This document shows positions 19,405-29,407 of a DNA stretch of 32,000 bases, one piece after another. A program made the position numbers and the translations under genes. Under the pieces are notes generated by a model, which worked only from the letters and a program-made list of their open reading frames with translations, did no database searches and was not told where the DNA came from. Within the stretch, counting starts at the first letter, position 1; each line of letters starts with the position of its first letter. Source of the DNA: Wolbachia endosymbiont of Armadillidium arcangelii (GTDB lineage: Bacteria > Pseudomonadota > Alphaproteobacteria > Rickettsiales > Anaplasmataceae); assembly GCF_040207875.1 (NCBI RefSeq), contig NZ_CP157942.1, forward strand, positions 845,001 to 877,000, written 5' to 3'.

Positions 19405-22400
19405 AAAAGAAGATGAGATTGTCCATTTAACAGGGTGGGAAAAGTTTAAAGAAGGGTGGCGTGCATTTCTTAATATTCCACCTAAAGAATATATAAAAGA
19501 GCTAATGGATGAGAAACAAATTGATGACCAGTTAGTTAAAGATGCCATTGAATTTTTAAAAAATTATACTGATATTAAAAGGTATGTTTTTCCTACTGAA
19601 AGATTAGTTAAGGTTAACTGCATAAATAGGCTCGTCCATAAAATGTTTTATCCTACTGACCCTGGAAGGAGTAGTGATGAATACGATGGAGGATGTCCTA
19701 AGAAAGAATCAATTTTTGAGACCTGTTCCCAACATAATGTGATAAGATGTGATGAAAAATTTAAGTTAGATGATAATAATGCAGCATTATTAGATGCTAA
19801 ACGTAGTGATATAAAATGGAACAGAGCTAGGCCAGATAATCCAAGAGAAGGAGAGATATTTTGCCAACCTGGTTGTAAATCACATTGTGATTCCAATGAA
19901 TATAAATCTGCAGATGGTCCAACTTATTTTTGTAAGGATGCAATAGGTTTATCTTATCAAGTTAACAGAACGGGGAATGGTACTTACTTTGCTTTAGGGA
20001 AAGGTAAAGATGAAGCTAGAGGATTTAAAGATAGCTCTAATATTTTCCGAGTAGAAGATGGAGATAAGAATTTTATCGGTGGTGATAAAGACGATTTATT
20101 TATCTTATATGGTGACAAAATTTATGGAATGTTAGATGGAGGTGGTGGAAACAATACTATAGATTTAACAAATTTTGCACCAGATGTCAGTGAGTTAAAT
20201 ATTGAATTAGGAAGATGTGGAGAAGTTCCGAAAGAAGGAATGTTATTGAATGTATATAACATAAGTATGATAAAGGCTAGAAAGGACAAGAGAGATACTA
20301 TAATGTATTCCAATGCTTTTACACAATGTTATGTTGACGGTCAAGGCGGGAAAAATAAAGATAATCCTGATATTATTGAAGTTATGGATTGTTATTATGC
20401 GCAAATTGCAGTAAGGCCATATACTAAGGTTTATGATGATGCCAGCATAGGAAATTTTACCTACAATGTTTTTCCTGGGGTGGGAGATGCACAAGTTGAA
20501 CTGCGTACTGATTTCTTTGACTATTATAAGAAGCACAGCAATTTTATTTTTGATTGTACTATTGCTGAGTTAAAAAGCATCAATATTCAAGGTAAAGATG
20601 TTACATTTAATCTCTCACTATCAGAGCCTGATGAGATGTTTAATCTTACTGTCTCAAATAATTATGATGCTAATGTCAATTATACATTCAGTGATAATAC
20701 TAAAATAAAGATAGGTAAAGAAGGTAATTTATACGCACTACAAGCTACTGATAAACCGATTAGTGACATTATAAGGGATTATCCAGCTATAGCAGATAGG
20801 CTAAACATGACTATTACTGTAGAGCTTCATGATGAATTTGTTACTATTGGGCATGGAAAGAATGAGGTATTGTATAATGAACCTTCGCGTTGCAGCCACT
20901 TAATTGGAAATGGCGGTGAAAATGTATATGTGATTGATTCAAATTATGATTCAGTAAACATCTATGATGCTAATGAAGCAAGCTCAATCAATACATTGGA
21001 TTTACGTGGAGCAGTGAAGTCATTACGAGATTGGGAAGATGCTGAATACATTGGACCGAAAATATCTGGGTATCCAAGAGATTTATCAATTCGTTTACAA
21101 TATAGAAGCAGATCTGATTCAGAAAAATTAATAAGATTTCAATTTCCAATAAATTTAGTTAATGGCACAGATTGGTATAAGAAACTACATGTTATTTTAG
21201 ATAGCGCACCGATGCAAATTAAATATAGTGAGAGTGAAGATGACTGGAATTTAGAACCAATACCTTTAATTTTTGATGAGAATACTAAAATTGCTGTTAT
21301 AACGGTAAAAGATATAGAAGAGGGGAGTAAAATAATTGTACATAAACAAGCAGGGCAGTATGTTTTGTCTCGCTTAAGAAATGATTTGATGATAATTACT
21401 GATTCCAGTCTTGAGGAAAGCAATGCCTGTACTATGTTGTTTAGCAACTTTTATAAAGAACCAAAAATGGAAACTTTGTCCATTGAGTTCAATAATGTAA
21501 CAATATCATTACAAAAAGAAATGGGTAATGTTAGCGATAGTAAGTTGATATTTTGCCCTAGTTCACTAAGAATGAATGAGACATTGAGTATTAATGGTAA
21601 TGATTTACTAAATAACTATGACTGTCTTAAATTTGATTCAAATAAGATAGTTTTTTTTAAATCGGGTAATAATTTACTTTTATCATCAAATCAAGGAATA
21701 TTATTAATAGAGAGTTATTATTCTGATGCTCATGAGAGGTGGGACTTACCAATAGAGTTGAATAATAATACAATGGAACCAGAAGAGTTTAAAGAAAGAG
21801 CTGGTAACCCAGGCCTTTTAAGATATTATCAGCCAAATGAGCAAGGTAGATTACAGATTTATCATAATCAACCTATTGACAAAAACCACATTGGCTTAGT
21901 TGATCTGAAAGATAAGTCTATACTGGATTTTGATATGAAGGTTATGGATGGCAGTTTGGTGTTATCATATAAAAACAACACCTTTGTAAAAGTAGAGAAC
22001 TGGAATACTTACCAACCTGCAAGAGAAATGATATTTGCTTTTAAAGATGCAATAGTTTCTAATTCAAGATGTATAGCTTCTATTTGCAATCTGGAAGATG
22101 TTATAGAGGAGTTTAATAAAGAAAAAGCGGCTATTCTTCAATTGGGGAATGAGCTAGTTAATGCTATAGCACGAAACGACCTTGATAAAATTAAAGAGCT
22201 TCTTCTTGGCAAAAAAGTAAACGTAAACATTGATGATATTAAGAAAGATAATAATACACTACTAGCTTGGGCTATATGGGGAAAACGTTTTGAGGCTGCT
22301 GAGCTTCTGATTGATGGAGGAGCTAATTTTGATCATATTAGCAAAAATGTTAGAACAATTCTAGGTTTTGCTGGAGATAGGAAATACTTTGATATTGTGG

Positions 22401-24355
22401 AGTATTCAAAGAAAAAGCCTGAGGAAGAAAAACAAAAACCTGCACGACGCAGACGCCGTCATCATCATGGAGATCACAATCGTCATCATAATCATTTATC
22501 ACGTAAACCTCTTGCCATGGATTTAAGTAATCAACCTAAAATAGCAACAAGCAATGCAGTAAGGTGGATAGGCGCTGATGTTCACACTAGGGACAGCCAC
22601 GGTGAAACTCCTTTGCACTCAGCTGCTTGTTATGGTAAGCCAGAGGAAGTAAATTATCTTATAGGCAAAAGTGTATATATAAGTGGCAAAAATGGTGATG
22701 GTAAGACACCTTTTGAAGTGGCACTTGAACTTAATAGAATGGAAATAGCAAACCTACTTGCAATTGTGAAGGATAAGTATGGTTATACAGCTCTGCATTA
22801 CGCTGAAAGAGAAGGTAATTTAAATTTAGCTAAGTTGCTTTTCAAGAATGGTGCTAATATTTACGCTAAAAACAATGATGGTTGGACACCTGTACAACTT
22901 GCTGCTAAATACAACAATTTAGATATGGTCAAATTTCATATAGAAAAAATTATAGAAAAGAATACTAACATTGAAGAAAGAAATAATAAGATTAATGCTA
23001 AGAATAATTATGGTTGGACAGTTTTACACTACGCTTATGCTTTTGGTACACCTGATATGGTTAACTTTCTTACTAGCAATGGTGCTGATGCTAGCGCTAG
23101 GACGAATCACGGTAAAACACCTCTGGAAGTGGCACGTGAGTATAGCAACCTAGAGGTAGTAAACTTTTTTGAGAGGGATGGAGAAAGTGCACGAAGATAT
23201 AAGCGTCAAGGTGGTAGTATAGTTCAAAAGTTATCATTAGGTAGCATAGCCAACCAAAAATTAGAAGAGTTAAATTCCAAAGCACTGGATGAATTATTAG
23301 GTCAATTTAAATGCTTAGTACACCAGCAGCCTGATAGTTTGCGGCATAATAAAGATATACTACAACGTATTCTGCAAGAAAGTAAGGGAGTAGAGGCGTT
23401 GATATGGTTGATAGTAAGAGAGTATAGTATTTTATCGTTAGAATACTCTAATAGAACAAAGCGTTCATTATTAAAAGGCTTAGATGAATGTTTCAATACA
23501 GTTATTAATAAGAAGTTTGTCGTTCGTCTTGTGAAGTTACTAGAACATGACGATGTAGTACCAAGAGTAGAAAGGTTTATTAGAAAGCATAAAGTAGAGC
23601 TAAAAGGGAAAATATTTCGTAGTTCACAACAGCGTAGTCGTCGCAGCATTGAAGATGATAATTCTGCAATAGAAAGTACGAGCGGAACAAACAAGCTGTC
23701 TTCTTGGGTAAATGTTTTTGCTGATACTCTAGTAGGTGCTGTTAAAAGTATTTCTCAGTTTATTTCTTCTCCTTTTAAGCCGGCTATAGGTATGGAATCT
23801 TCTAAGGCTATTACAACTCAAGGTGCTGATATAAATGGTACGCTTCTTCTGCTAGATGTATTCGTAAGAAAGATTACAGGTCAAAAGTACATTTCTACAG
23901 TAGGTCAGTCTATATCTCCACTAGAAGCACAGGGTTATGCATTGAATATTATAAAGAGGTTTGAAAAAGTAGTAGAGCAAGCTGGATTAAAAAGTGGTTT
24001 ATCAATGCATCGATTAAATATTGATTATATGAGAATGCAGAAAGAGATTACTAAAAAAGTCATGAGTGGTAAATTTAATGAGATTTTAGGTATTTTAAAA
24101 TCATATATAGAGAAAGCATGTTCTGGTAAATTAAGTCTGAAGAAATTTGACAAGTTTATAGCTCAATTTAGTAAGGGGCTGCTAAATCAATCAATACAAC
24201 AGATATTATACAACGGAGATGGTAGATTAGAAGTTAATAATATAGAAGAACAGCAAGGACCTAAGAGTTATTTAAATGATACTTCTGTTCAAGGCCATTT
24301 GACTCGGGATAAGGTTAAATTAATTTCTCAATCTCATCTACCGAAAGGCCAGTGA
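19385..24355 (+). CDS. 3' part of the same giant protein: glycine/aspartate-rich RTX-like stretches, ankyrin repeats, latrotoxin C-terminal-like domain
   Basis: 1656 aa; DGDKNFIGGDKDDLFILYGDKIYGMLDGGGGNNTIDL; ankyrin units HGETPLHSAACYGKPEEVNYLI, YGYTALHYAEREGNLNLAKLLFKNGANIYAKNNDGWTPVQLAAKYNN, HGKTPLEVAREYSNLEVVNFF; C-terminal LLLLDVFVRKITGQKYIS...LEAQGYALNIIKRFEKVVEQAGLKSGLSMHRLNIDYMRMQKEI. Confidence 0.8.
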   Translation: MAVKTVEKEDEIVHLTGWEKFKEGWRAFLNIPPKEYIKELMDEKQIDDQLVKDAIEFLKNYTDIKRYVFPTERLVKVNCINRLVHKMFYPTDPGRSSDEYDGGCPKKESIFETCSQHNVIRCDEKFKLDDNNAALLDAKRSDIKWNRARPDNPREGEIFCQPGCKSHCDSNEYKSADGPTYFCKDAIGLSYQVNRTGNGTYFALGKGKDEARGFKDSSNIFRVEDGDKNFIGGDKDDLFILYGDKIYGMLDGGGGNNTIDLTNFAPDVSELNIELGRCGEVPKEGMLLNVYNISMIKARKDKRDTIMYSNAFTQCYVDGQGGKNKDNPDIIEVMDCYYAQIAVRPYTKVYDDASIGNFTYNVFPGVGDAQVELRTDFFDYYKKHSNFIFDCTIAELKSINIQGKDVTFNLSLSEPDEMFNLTVSNNYDANVNYTFSDNTKIKIGKEGNLYALQATDKPISDIIRDYPAIADRLNMTITVELHDEFVTIGHGKNEVLYNEPSRCSHLIGNGGENVYVIDSNYDSVNIYDANEASSINTLDLRGAVKSLRDWEDAEYIGPKISGYPRDLSIRLQYRSRSDSEKLIRFQFPINLVNGTDWYKKLHVILDSAPMQIKYSESEDDWNLEPIPLIFDENTKIAVITVKDIEEGSKIIVHKQAGQYVLSRLRNDLMIITDSSLEESNACTMLFSNFYKEPKMETLSIEFNNVTISLQKEMGNVSDSKLIFCPSSLRMNETLSINGNDLLNNYDCLKFDSNKIVFFKSGNNLLLSSNQGILLIESYYSDAHERWDLPIELNNNTMEPEEFKERAGNPGLLRYYQPNEQGRLQIYHNQPIDKNHIGLVDLKDKSILDFDMKVMDGSLVLSYKNNTFVKVENWNTYQPAREMIFAFKDAIVSNSRCIASICNLEDVIEEFNKEKAAILQLGNELVNAIARNDLDKIKELLLGKKVNVNIDDIKKDNNTLLAWAIWGKRFEAAELLIDGGANFDHISKNVRTILGFAGDRKYFDIVEYSKKKPEEEKQKPARRRRRHHHGDHNRHHNHLSRKPLAMDLSNQPKIATSNAVRWIGADVHTRDSHGETPLHSAACYGKPEEVNYLIGKSVYISGKNGDGKTPFEVALELNRMEIANLLAIVKDKYGYTALHYAEREGNLNLAKLLFKNGANIYAKNNDGWTPVQLAAKYNNLDMVKFHIEKIIEKNTNIEERNNKINAKNNYGWTVLHYAYAFGTPDMVNFLTSNGADASARTNHGKTPLEVAREYSNLEVVNFFERDGESARRYKRQGGSIVQKLSLGSIANQKLEELNSKALDELLGQFKCLVHQQPDSLRHNKDILQRILQESKGVEALIWLIVREYSILSLEYSNRTKRSLLKGLDECFNTVINKKFVVRLVKLLEHDDVVPRVERFIRKHKVELKGKIFRSSQQRSRRSIEDDNSAIESTSGTNKLSSWVNVFADTLVGAVKSISQFISSPFKPAIGMESSKAITTQGADINGTLLLLDVFVRKITGQKYISTVGQSISPLEAQGYALNIIKRFEKVVEQAGLKSGLSMHRLNIDYMRMQKEITKKVMSGKFNEILGILKSYIEKACSGKLSLKKFDKFIAQFSKGLLNQSIQQILYNGDGRLEVNNIEEQQGPKSYLNDTSVQGHLTRDKVKLISQSHLPKGQ

Positions 24356-25208
24356 TTTCAGCGATAACATCAATAGAGACACCAGCTTTGAGTGAGTTTT
24401 TAGCGACTTCAATTTTACCTTCAATTTTACCTTCAATTTTACCTTCAATTTTACCTTTTTGATGGCCGATGAGGATGCCTTCATGAAGTTTTTCTTCAAG
24501 ACTAGATAAATAATCATCGGTACGTTTCTTAGCTTGGTCATAAGCAAGACGTTCTTCTTTACTCCAATTATATTGGTTTAACTCATCATAAGCCCTGCCA
24601 ATAATTAAATCACTTCCTATTATTTTTTTTAGATCCTCTTCACTTGTTTCACCGGCGTGTTTAAAAAAATAACACCATTTCTCTATTATATTTTCTAATT
24701 GATCTTCTCTTTTTTTAAATTTAGGTAACTCTATAAAAGTAAAACTAAAGTCTTTGAGATCATGTTCAAAAGTTATCTTATCAAAAGTAACATGATCAGA
24801 CTTATAAGCTAGCTTATTAGGAAATAAGATAAAGTCGGCAATGGCAATAAAGATAACGCCTTTAAGATCATGATACTGGTCACCTACATCAGCTTGACTT
24901 GAATAGGCCTTAGCGGCATAATATTGGGCACGTTTTTCAAAGCCAGTAGTTTTAGCGACTTGCATCTCAATTATTGTTTTTATCCCTGTAGAATCAACAC
25001 AGAGAACATCAACAATGCTTTGCTTTTGAGAGGCAATGACAGGGTCTTGAATGGGACTGAGAAAGGAGACATCTTTAATCTTATTGTCATCGGTAAGACC
25101 TAGTATATCATTGAGAAAGTGAATAAGAATATCTTTATTTTTTTCGGTACCAAAGATACGGCGAAAAGCTATATCATTGCGAGCATCAAGAAACTTGGAA
25201 AGAGCCAT
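24315..25208 (-). CDS. Rpn-family recombination-promoting nuclease / PD-(D/E)XK putative transposase
   Basis: 297 aa; FLDARNDIAFRRIFGTEKNKDILIHFLNDILGL, IVDVLCVDSTGIKTIIEMQ, RAQYYAAKAYSSQ, KGVIFIAIADF; C-terminal GLSVDEIEKL. Confidence 0.9.
   Translation of the reverse strand: MALSKFLDARNDIAFRRIFGTEKNKDILIHFLNDILGLTDDNKIKDVSFLSPIQDPVIASQKQSIVDVLCVDSTGIKTIIEMQVAKTTGFEKRAQYYAAKAYSSQADVGDQYHDLKGVIFIAIADFILFPNKLAYKSDHVTFDKITFEHDLKDFSFTFIELPKFKKREDQLENIIEKWCYFFKHAGETSEEDLKKIIGSDLIIGRAYDELNQYNWSKEERLAYDQAKKRTDDYLSSLEEKLHEGILIGHQKGKIEGKIEGKIEGKIEVAKNSLKAGVSIDVIAEITGLSVDEIEKLI
24408..24455. repeat. Four perfect tandem copies of a 12-bp unit (ttcaattttacc) encoding (GKIE)n in the Rpn protein
   Basis: Direct reading: ttcaattttacc x4; protein KGKIEGKIEGKIEGKIEV. 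Confidence 0.9.
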
Positions 25209-25336
25209 GATAAGTTAACCTAGAAAGCATTAATAATTATACACAATTGTGAAGAAATATTCAACTAAAATTGAAACATAGAAGTTTTTGTATATCTTTA
25301 TTTGGTAGTATTAACCTGTATAATATCTATTTCTGT

Positions 25337-26233
25337 ATGTCAAACATCTCCATAAGGTACAAAATAGCACAAAAAGTAAGGAGCTGGAGGCTAAAGCGAG
25401 GATATACTCAAAAAGATTTAGCGGGAAAAATCGGTGTAACATATCAAATAGTACTACAATATGAAAAAGGAATACGTAAAATTTCGATTGAAAAGTTATA
25501 TGCTATAGCAAAGGTATTATCGGTTGATATTATAGACCTAATTCCTGTATCAAATGAGAAAGCCTGCTTTAAAAATGAGGAACTAAATCTAATAAGAAAA
25601 TATAAAACGATTAATAATCAGGAGTTACGTAGAATGTTTTGTTTACTAACCAAATTTGTTCAAGTTAGTGAGAAAAATAGTAAAAAAACGGAGAGAATAA
25701 AAATTGCAAAAGGTCTGGTTAAAGTAGGAGTTTCTGTCGATATTGTTGCAAAAACAATTGGTCTCTCTGCTGATGAATGTGTTGAAGAAAAAACGGGTTC
25801 TATCTACTACAAAATAGGGAAAAAGATAAAAGAATGGAGAGTGGTAAGAGAGTACACTCAAAAGGATTTAGCAGAGAAGATAGATACAACACGTGACGAA
25901 ATAAGTAACTATGAGCAAGGAAGGACTGCTGTTCCACTGGGAAGATTATATGAGATAGCAAAGGCGTTATCGATTAATATCATGGACCTACTTGAATTAA
26001 CAGAGGATACAGATGATAAAGTGGAAAATGAACTACCTGATTTAATAAAAGAATACAAAAAGATTGAAAGCCAAGTAATGCACTAATAAAATCTCTGCTT
26101 GAAAGCATACAAATTTGCGAAGAGAAAGTGAAAAGAGCAGAAAATTGCAAAGAACTTAGTTAAAAAAGGAATTTCTACCGATATTATTTTACAAATAACA
26201 GGCCTCTCTTTAGACGAAATTCAACAGATTTAA
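25337..26233 (+). pseudogene. XRE/HTH transcriptional regulator with duplicated HTH module, C-terminus frameshifted
   Basis: RSWRLKRGYTQKDLAGKIGVTYQIVLQYEKG and KEWRVVREYTQKDLAEKIDTTRDEISNYEQG. Main ORF stops at 26086, but the frames downstream still read NALIKSLLESIQICEEKVKRAENCKELS and LVKKGISTDIILQITGLSLDEIQQI. Confidence 0.8.
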
Positions 26234-26403
26234 AATAAAAAATCAGTATATATTAATATCTTAACTTCTTGATGAAAAAATAAGTAAAAAAGATTTAAAA
26301 ATTGATTTGACTTCACTCGAAAGCTATGGCTCTATGCCAATGCTGATAAAAAAACAGCAGTAAATATTTAAAAAAAATTTGTTGTTAGTGAAGGGTAAAT
26401 TAT

Positions 26404-27067
26404 ATGAATAATAATAAGAATAAAGAAGAAATAGAATTCAGAATATTAGAAAGCAAAGGCAAAGCACTACTTGATCGTGAAATCAATGGAGACGTTTCTA
26501 AGTGCAGTATATGAAAGGCCACAAGCTCAAGAAATTGCTAAAAATCTGGTGAATACCTATACGGGAGTAGGAAGGATTTTAGGTAGAGAAATGGATGACC
26601 TGAAAGTTATAGAAGGAGTAACTGATTCTGCAGTAGCAGTGATTATGTGTGTTAAGGAAACACTAGAAAGAGTACTGAGAGAAAAACTTAAGAGTGAGCC
26701 AATAATGGACTTGCAAGGGCTAGTAGAGTACTTGAACGTAAGTATAGGCCACTCAGAAAGGGAATGTGTAAAAATACTGTACTTGAATAAAAGGCGCCAA
26801 TTAATCGGAGAAGAATCCTATATTGGTGAAATGGAAAAAGCACCGGTATACATAAAGGAGATTACAAGAAAAGCATTAATAAAAAATGCAACATCAATAA
26901 TAATGTCACATAACCACCCTGGGGGAAGTTTAAAACCTTCAGAAGAAGATCAAGCAGTAACAAAGAGCCTAGCAGCAGCATGTAGTACTGTAAGCGTTAG
27001 ATTGTTTGACCACATTATCATCACAAGTGCAGGGTATTTTAGCTTTAGAGAAAGTGGATTGTTATAG
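26404..27067 (+). pseudogene. radC: RadC/JAB-family protein with N-terminal frameshift
   Basis: GVGRILGREMDDLKVIEGVTDSAVAVI, KILYLNKRRQLIGEE, SHNHPGGSLKPSEEDQAVTK, FDHIIITSAGYFSFRESGLL. ATG at 26404 reads MNNNKNKEEIEFRILESKGKALLDREI, then shifts frame into METFLSAVYERPQAQ. Confidence 0.85.
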
Positions 27068-27200
27068 CAAAAAGAAAGAATTTAGCTTCTAAACTGATTA
27101 AGAGAAAGTATTTGCAAATCTACTTATATTAATTTATAATGAGTAATATAATGTATAACAACTATACACTTAGAAAGTATATTTAATAGCGGAGGCTAAT

Positions 27201-28383
27201 ATGGGTAATAAGATAATTGTACCTTTTGATGACAAAAAGGGAGGTGTTTACGAGTTAAACATTGATCTGGATAGATTATCGAAGGGTGAGATGTTAAATG
27301 CTATTGTAGGAATTGGTCGTGCTAACCAGTCCACCTTTGTAAGCAAAATTAATAAGGCTAAAAATCCTGGAGATGTACCTTTCCCTGGTAGAGAAGTTCG
27401 CGAAAACCAAATCAACTATGGGAAAGGATTTGACTATATTTATGGCACAAAACCTTTGAGTAATCAAGCAGATTATCCAGAAGGGTTAAATCCATTTGCT
27501 TCAGCTTTGCAAAAAACAAAGCCAAGTGCAGAAAAGTTAAGCTGGTTTAAAAGTGCTGTGGTAAGAGCAAAAAGTCCAAATGAACTGCACAAGGTTGTAG
27601 ACGAAGCATTAGTTGCTGGAGCAAGGCTAAATGCATGTAATGATGGAGAATGGAGCTTTGCAGAATACATGATATTAGGCACACACTTTCACAGGTTAGA
27701 AAAAGATGATCGAAAAAAGATAATGCGTAAATTAATGCTAAGTGGTGCAGAGTTTCATGATACTCTACTGCAGAATAAACTGATAGGTGAAATCTATAAT
27801 GAGCTACAGCCAGAAGTTCAGCCACAGATAGATAAGAGACTAGAAGAACTAGAGAAAGCTGGCGAAAGTGCTGTTCAGGAAGGAGCTTTAATAGATCTAG
27901 AAATAGATAATAGGACGTTTTTTGTGGAATTTTCTGAGAACAGTAAAGTAGAAGTTGCCAAAATACTGAGAGAGTTAGGAAGTAATATTTTAAAAATTGG
28001 TAATGATGCAGTTGAGGTTAAAAGTGAGAAGGGAGGTATAAGAAACTATACTGATATGTCAGATGGCAGCTCTGTCATGTTAGAATTTCCTACGAGCATT
28101 GGTAAGCTAAATATTGTATTGTACCAAGAGGCAGATCAGGTGCAAGTGAGAGTAGAAAATAAGGAAATGTGGGCTGAGTTAAAAAAAAAGAGGCGAAGAA
28201 ATAGGAAAAAATTGCCTCTTTGGGGGAGTGAAGCTTAAGGAAGTGGTAGAAAGAGGTAATTTCACTAGATGTGGCATATGGAATGAAAAGTATGCTATAA
28301 AAGATATTAGCAATGATGAAGTATTGTCTCCGTGGGTAAATAGGGTATGTGGAGGTAGTAAAGAAACTTTTAGGGGGCTTTAA
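27201..28383 (+). CDS. Hypothetical prophage-region protein; probable poly-A frameshift, real product longer than the 345-aa ORF
   Basis: ORF 27201..28238 with RBS-like GGAGG upstream; after the A9 run at 28181-28189 the neighbouring frame reads KKRGEEIGKNCLFGGVKLKEVVERGNFTRCGIWNEKYAIKDISNDEVLSPWVNRVCGGSKETFRGL-stop (28383). Confidence 0.55.
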
Positions 28384-28455
28384 TTAATCTATAGACAACT
28401 TTAAGGTTTTAGAGTTTACTGGAGCCTTTGAGCTATAGTAGAAAATATTATATGT

Positions 28456-29369
28456 ATGGTTCTTTTCGTGGAAAGAAGTCTAGACTATGAAGTAGGGAAA
28501 AAGTAAAAAATTGGAGGTTAGAGCGAGGTTATACTCAGAAAGATTTAGCAGAGAAAATTGGTGTAAAGTACTGGGTAATACTGCAGTATGAGAAAGGAAA
28601 CCGTAGAATTTCAATTGAAAGGTTATATGCTATAGCTGAGGCACTATCAATCAGTATTACGGATCTCATTCCTGTATCAAAAATCTGTTTTGAAGATGAC
28701 GGAGAGGAAATATTAAATCTAGTAAGAGAATATAAAAAGATTAACGATCATGAGTTACGTAGAATGTTTTGTTTGCTAACCAAATTTGTCCAAGTCAGTG
28801 AAAAAAGTAGTAGAAAATCGGAAAAAATAAAAATTGCAAAGGGTCTGGTTAAAGCAGGAATTTCTGTTGATATTGTTTCACAAGCAATTGGCCTCTCTGC
28901 TGATGAATGTATTGAAGAAAAAGTTGGTTCTATACACTGCCAAATAGGAAAGAAGATAAAAGAATGGAGGCTAGTGAGAGAGTATGCTCAAAAAGATTTA
29001 GCAGAGAAAATGAATACAACACGTCACGAAATAAGCAACTATGAACAAGGAAGGACTTCTGTTCCACTTGATAAATTACATGGAATAGCAAAGGTGTTAT
29101 CAATTAATATCATGGACCTACTTGAACTAACAGGAGATGAGATAGAAAATAAGCTACCTGATTTGGTTAAAGAATACAAAGAAATTGAGAGCCAAGAACT
29201 ACGTAATGCATTAAGAGAGTCTCTGTTTGAAGGTATAAGGATTTGTGAAGAAAAAGTGAGAAAAGCGGAAAGGATCAAAGCTGCAAAGGATTTAGTAAAA
29301 GGGGGAATTCCTGTTGATATTATTTTGCAAGCGGTAGGTTTACCTGTTGATATAGTTTTAGATGGGTAG
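28456..29369 (+). pseudogene. Second double-HTH XRE regulator; N-terminus frameshifted
   Basis: ATG 28456 reads MVLFVERSLDYEVGKK-stop; adjacent frame continues VKNWRLERGYTQKDLAEKIGVKYWVILQYEKGNRRISIERLY...; second HTH KEWRLVREYAQKDLAEKMNTTRHEISNYEQGRTSVP. Confidence 0.8.
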
Positions 29370-29407
29370 CTCGTGGAAAAATTATAGTAATAGAGTTTTT
29401 TTCTTAA

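Noticed and set aside
24408-24455. Possible CRISPR-like array
   Set aside because: Contiguous 12-bp tandem units with no spacers, inside a coding gene; no CRISPR or cas genes seen in the window.
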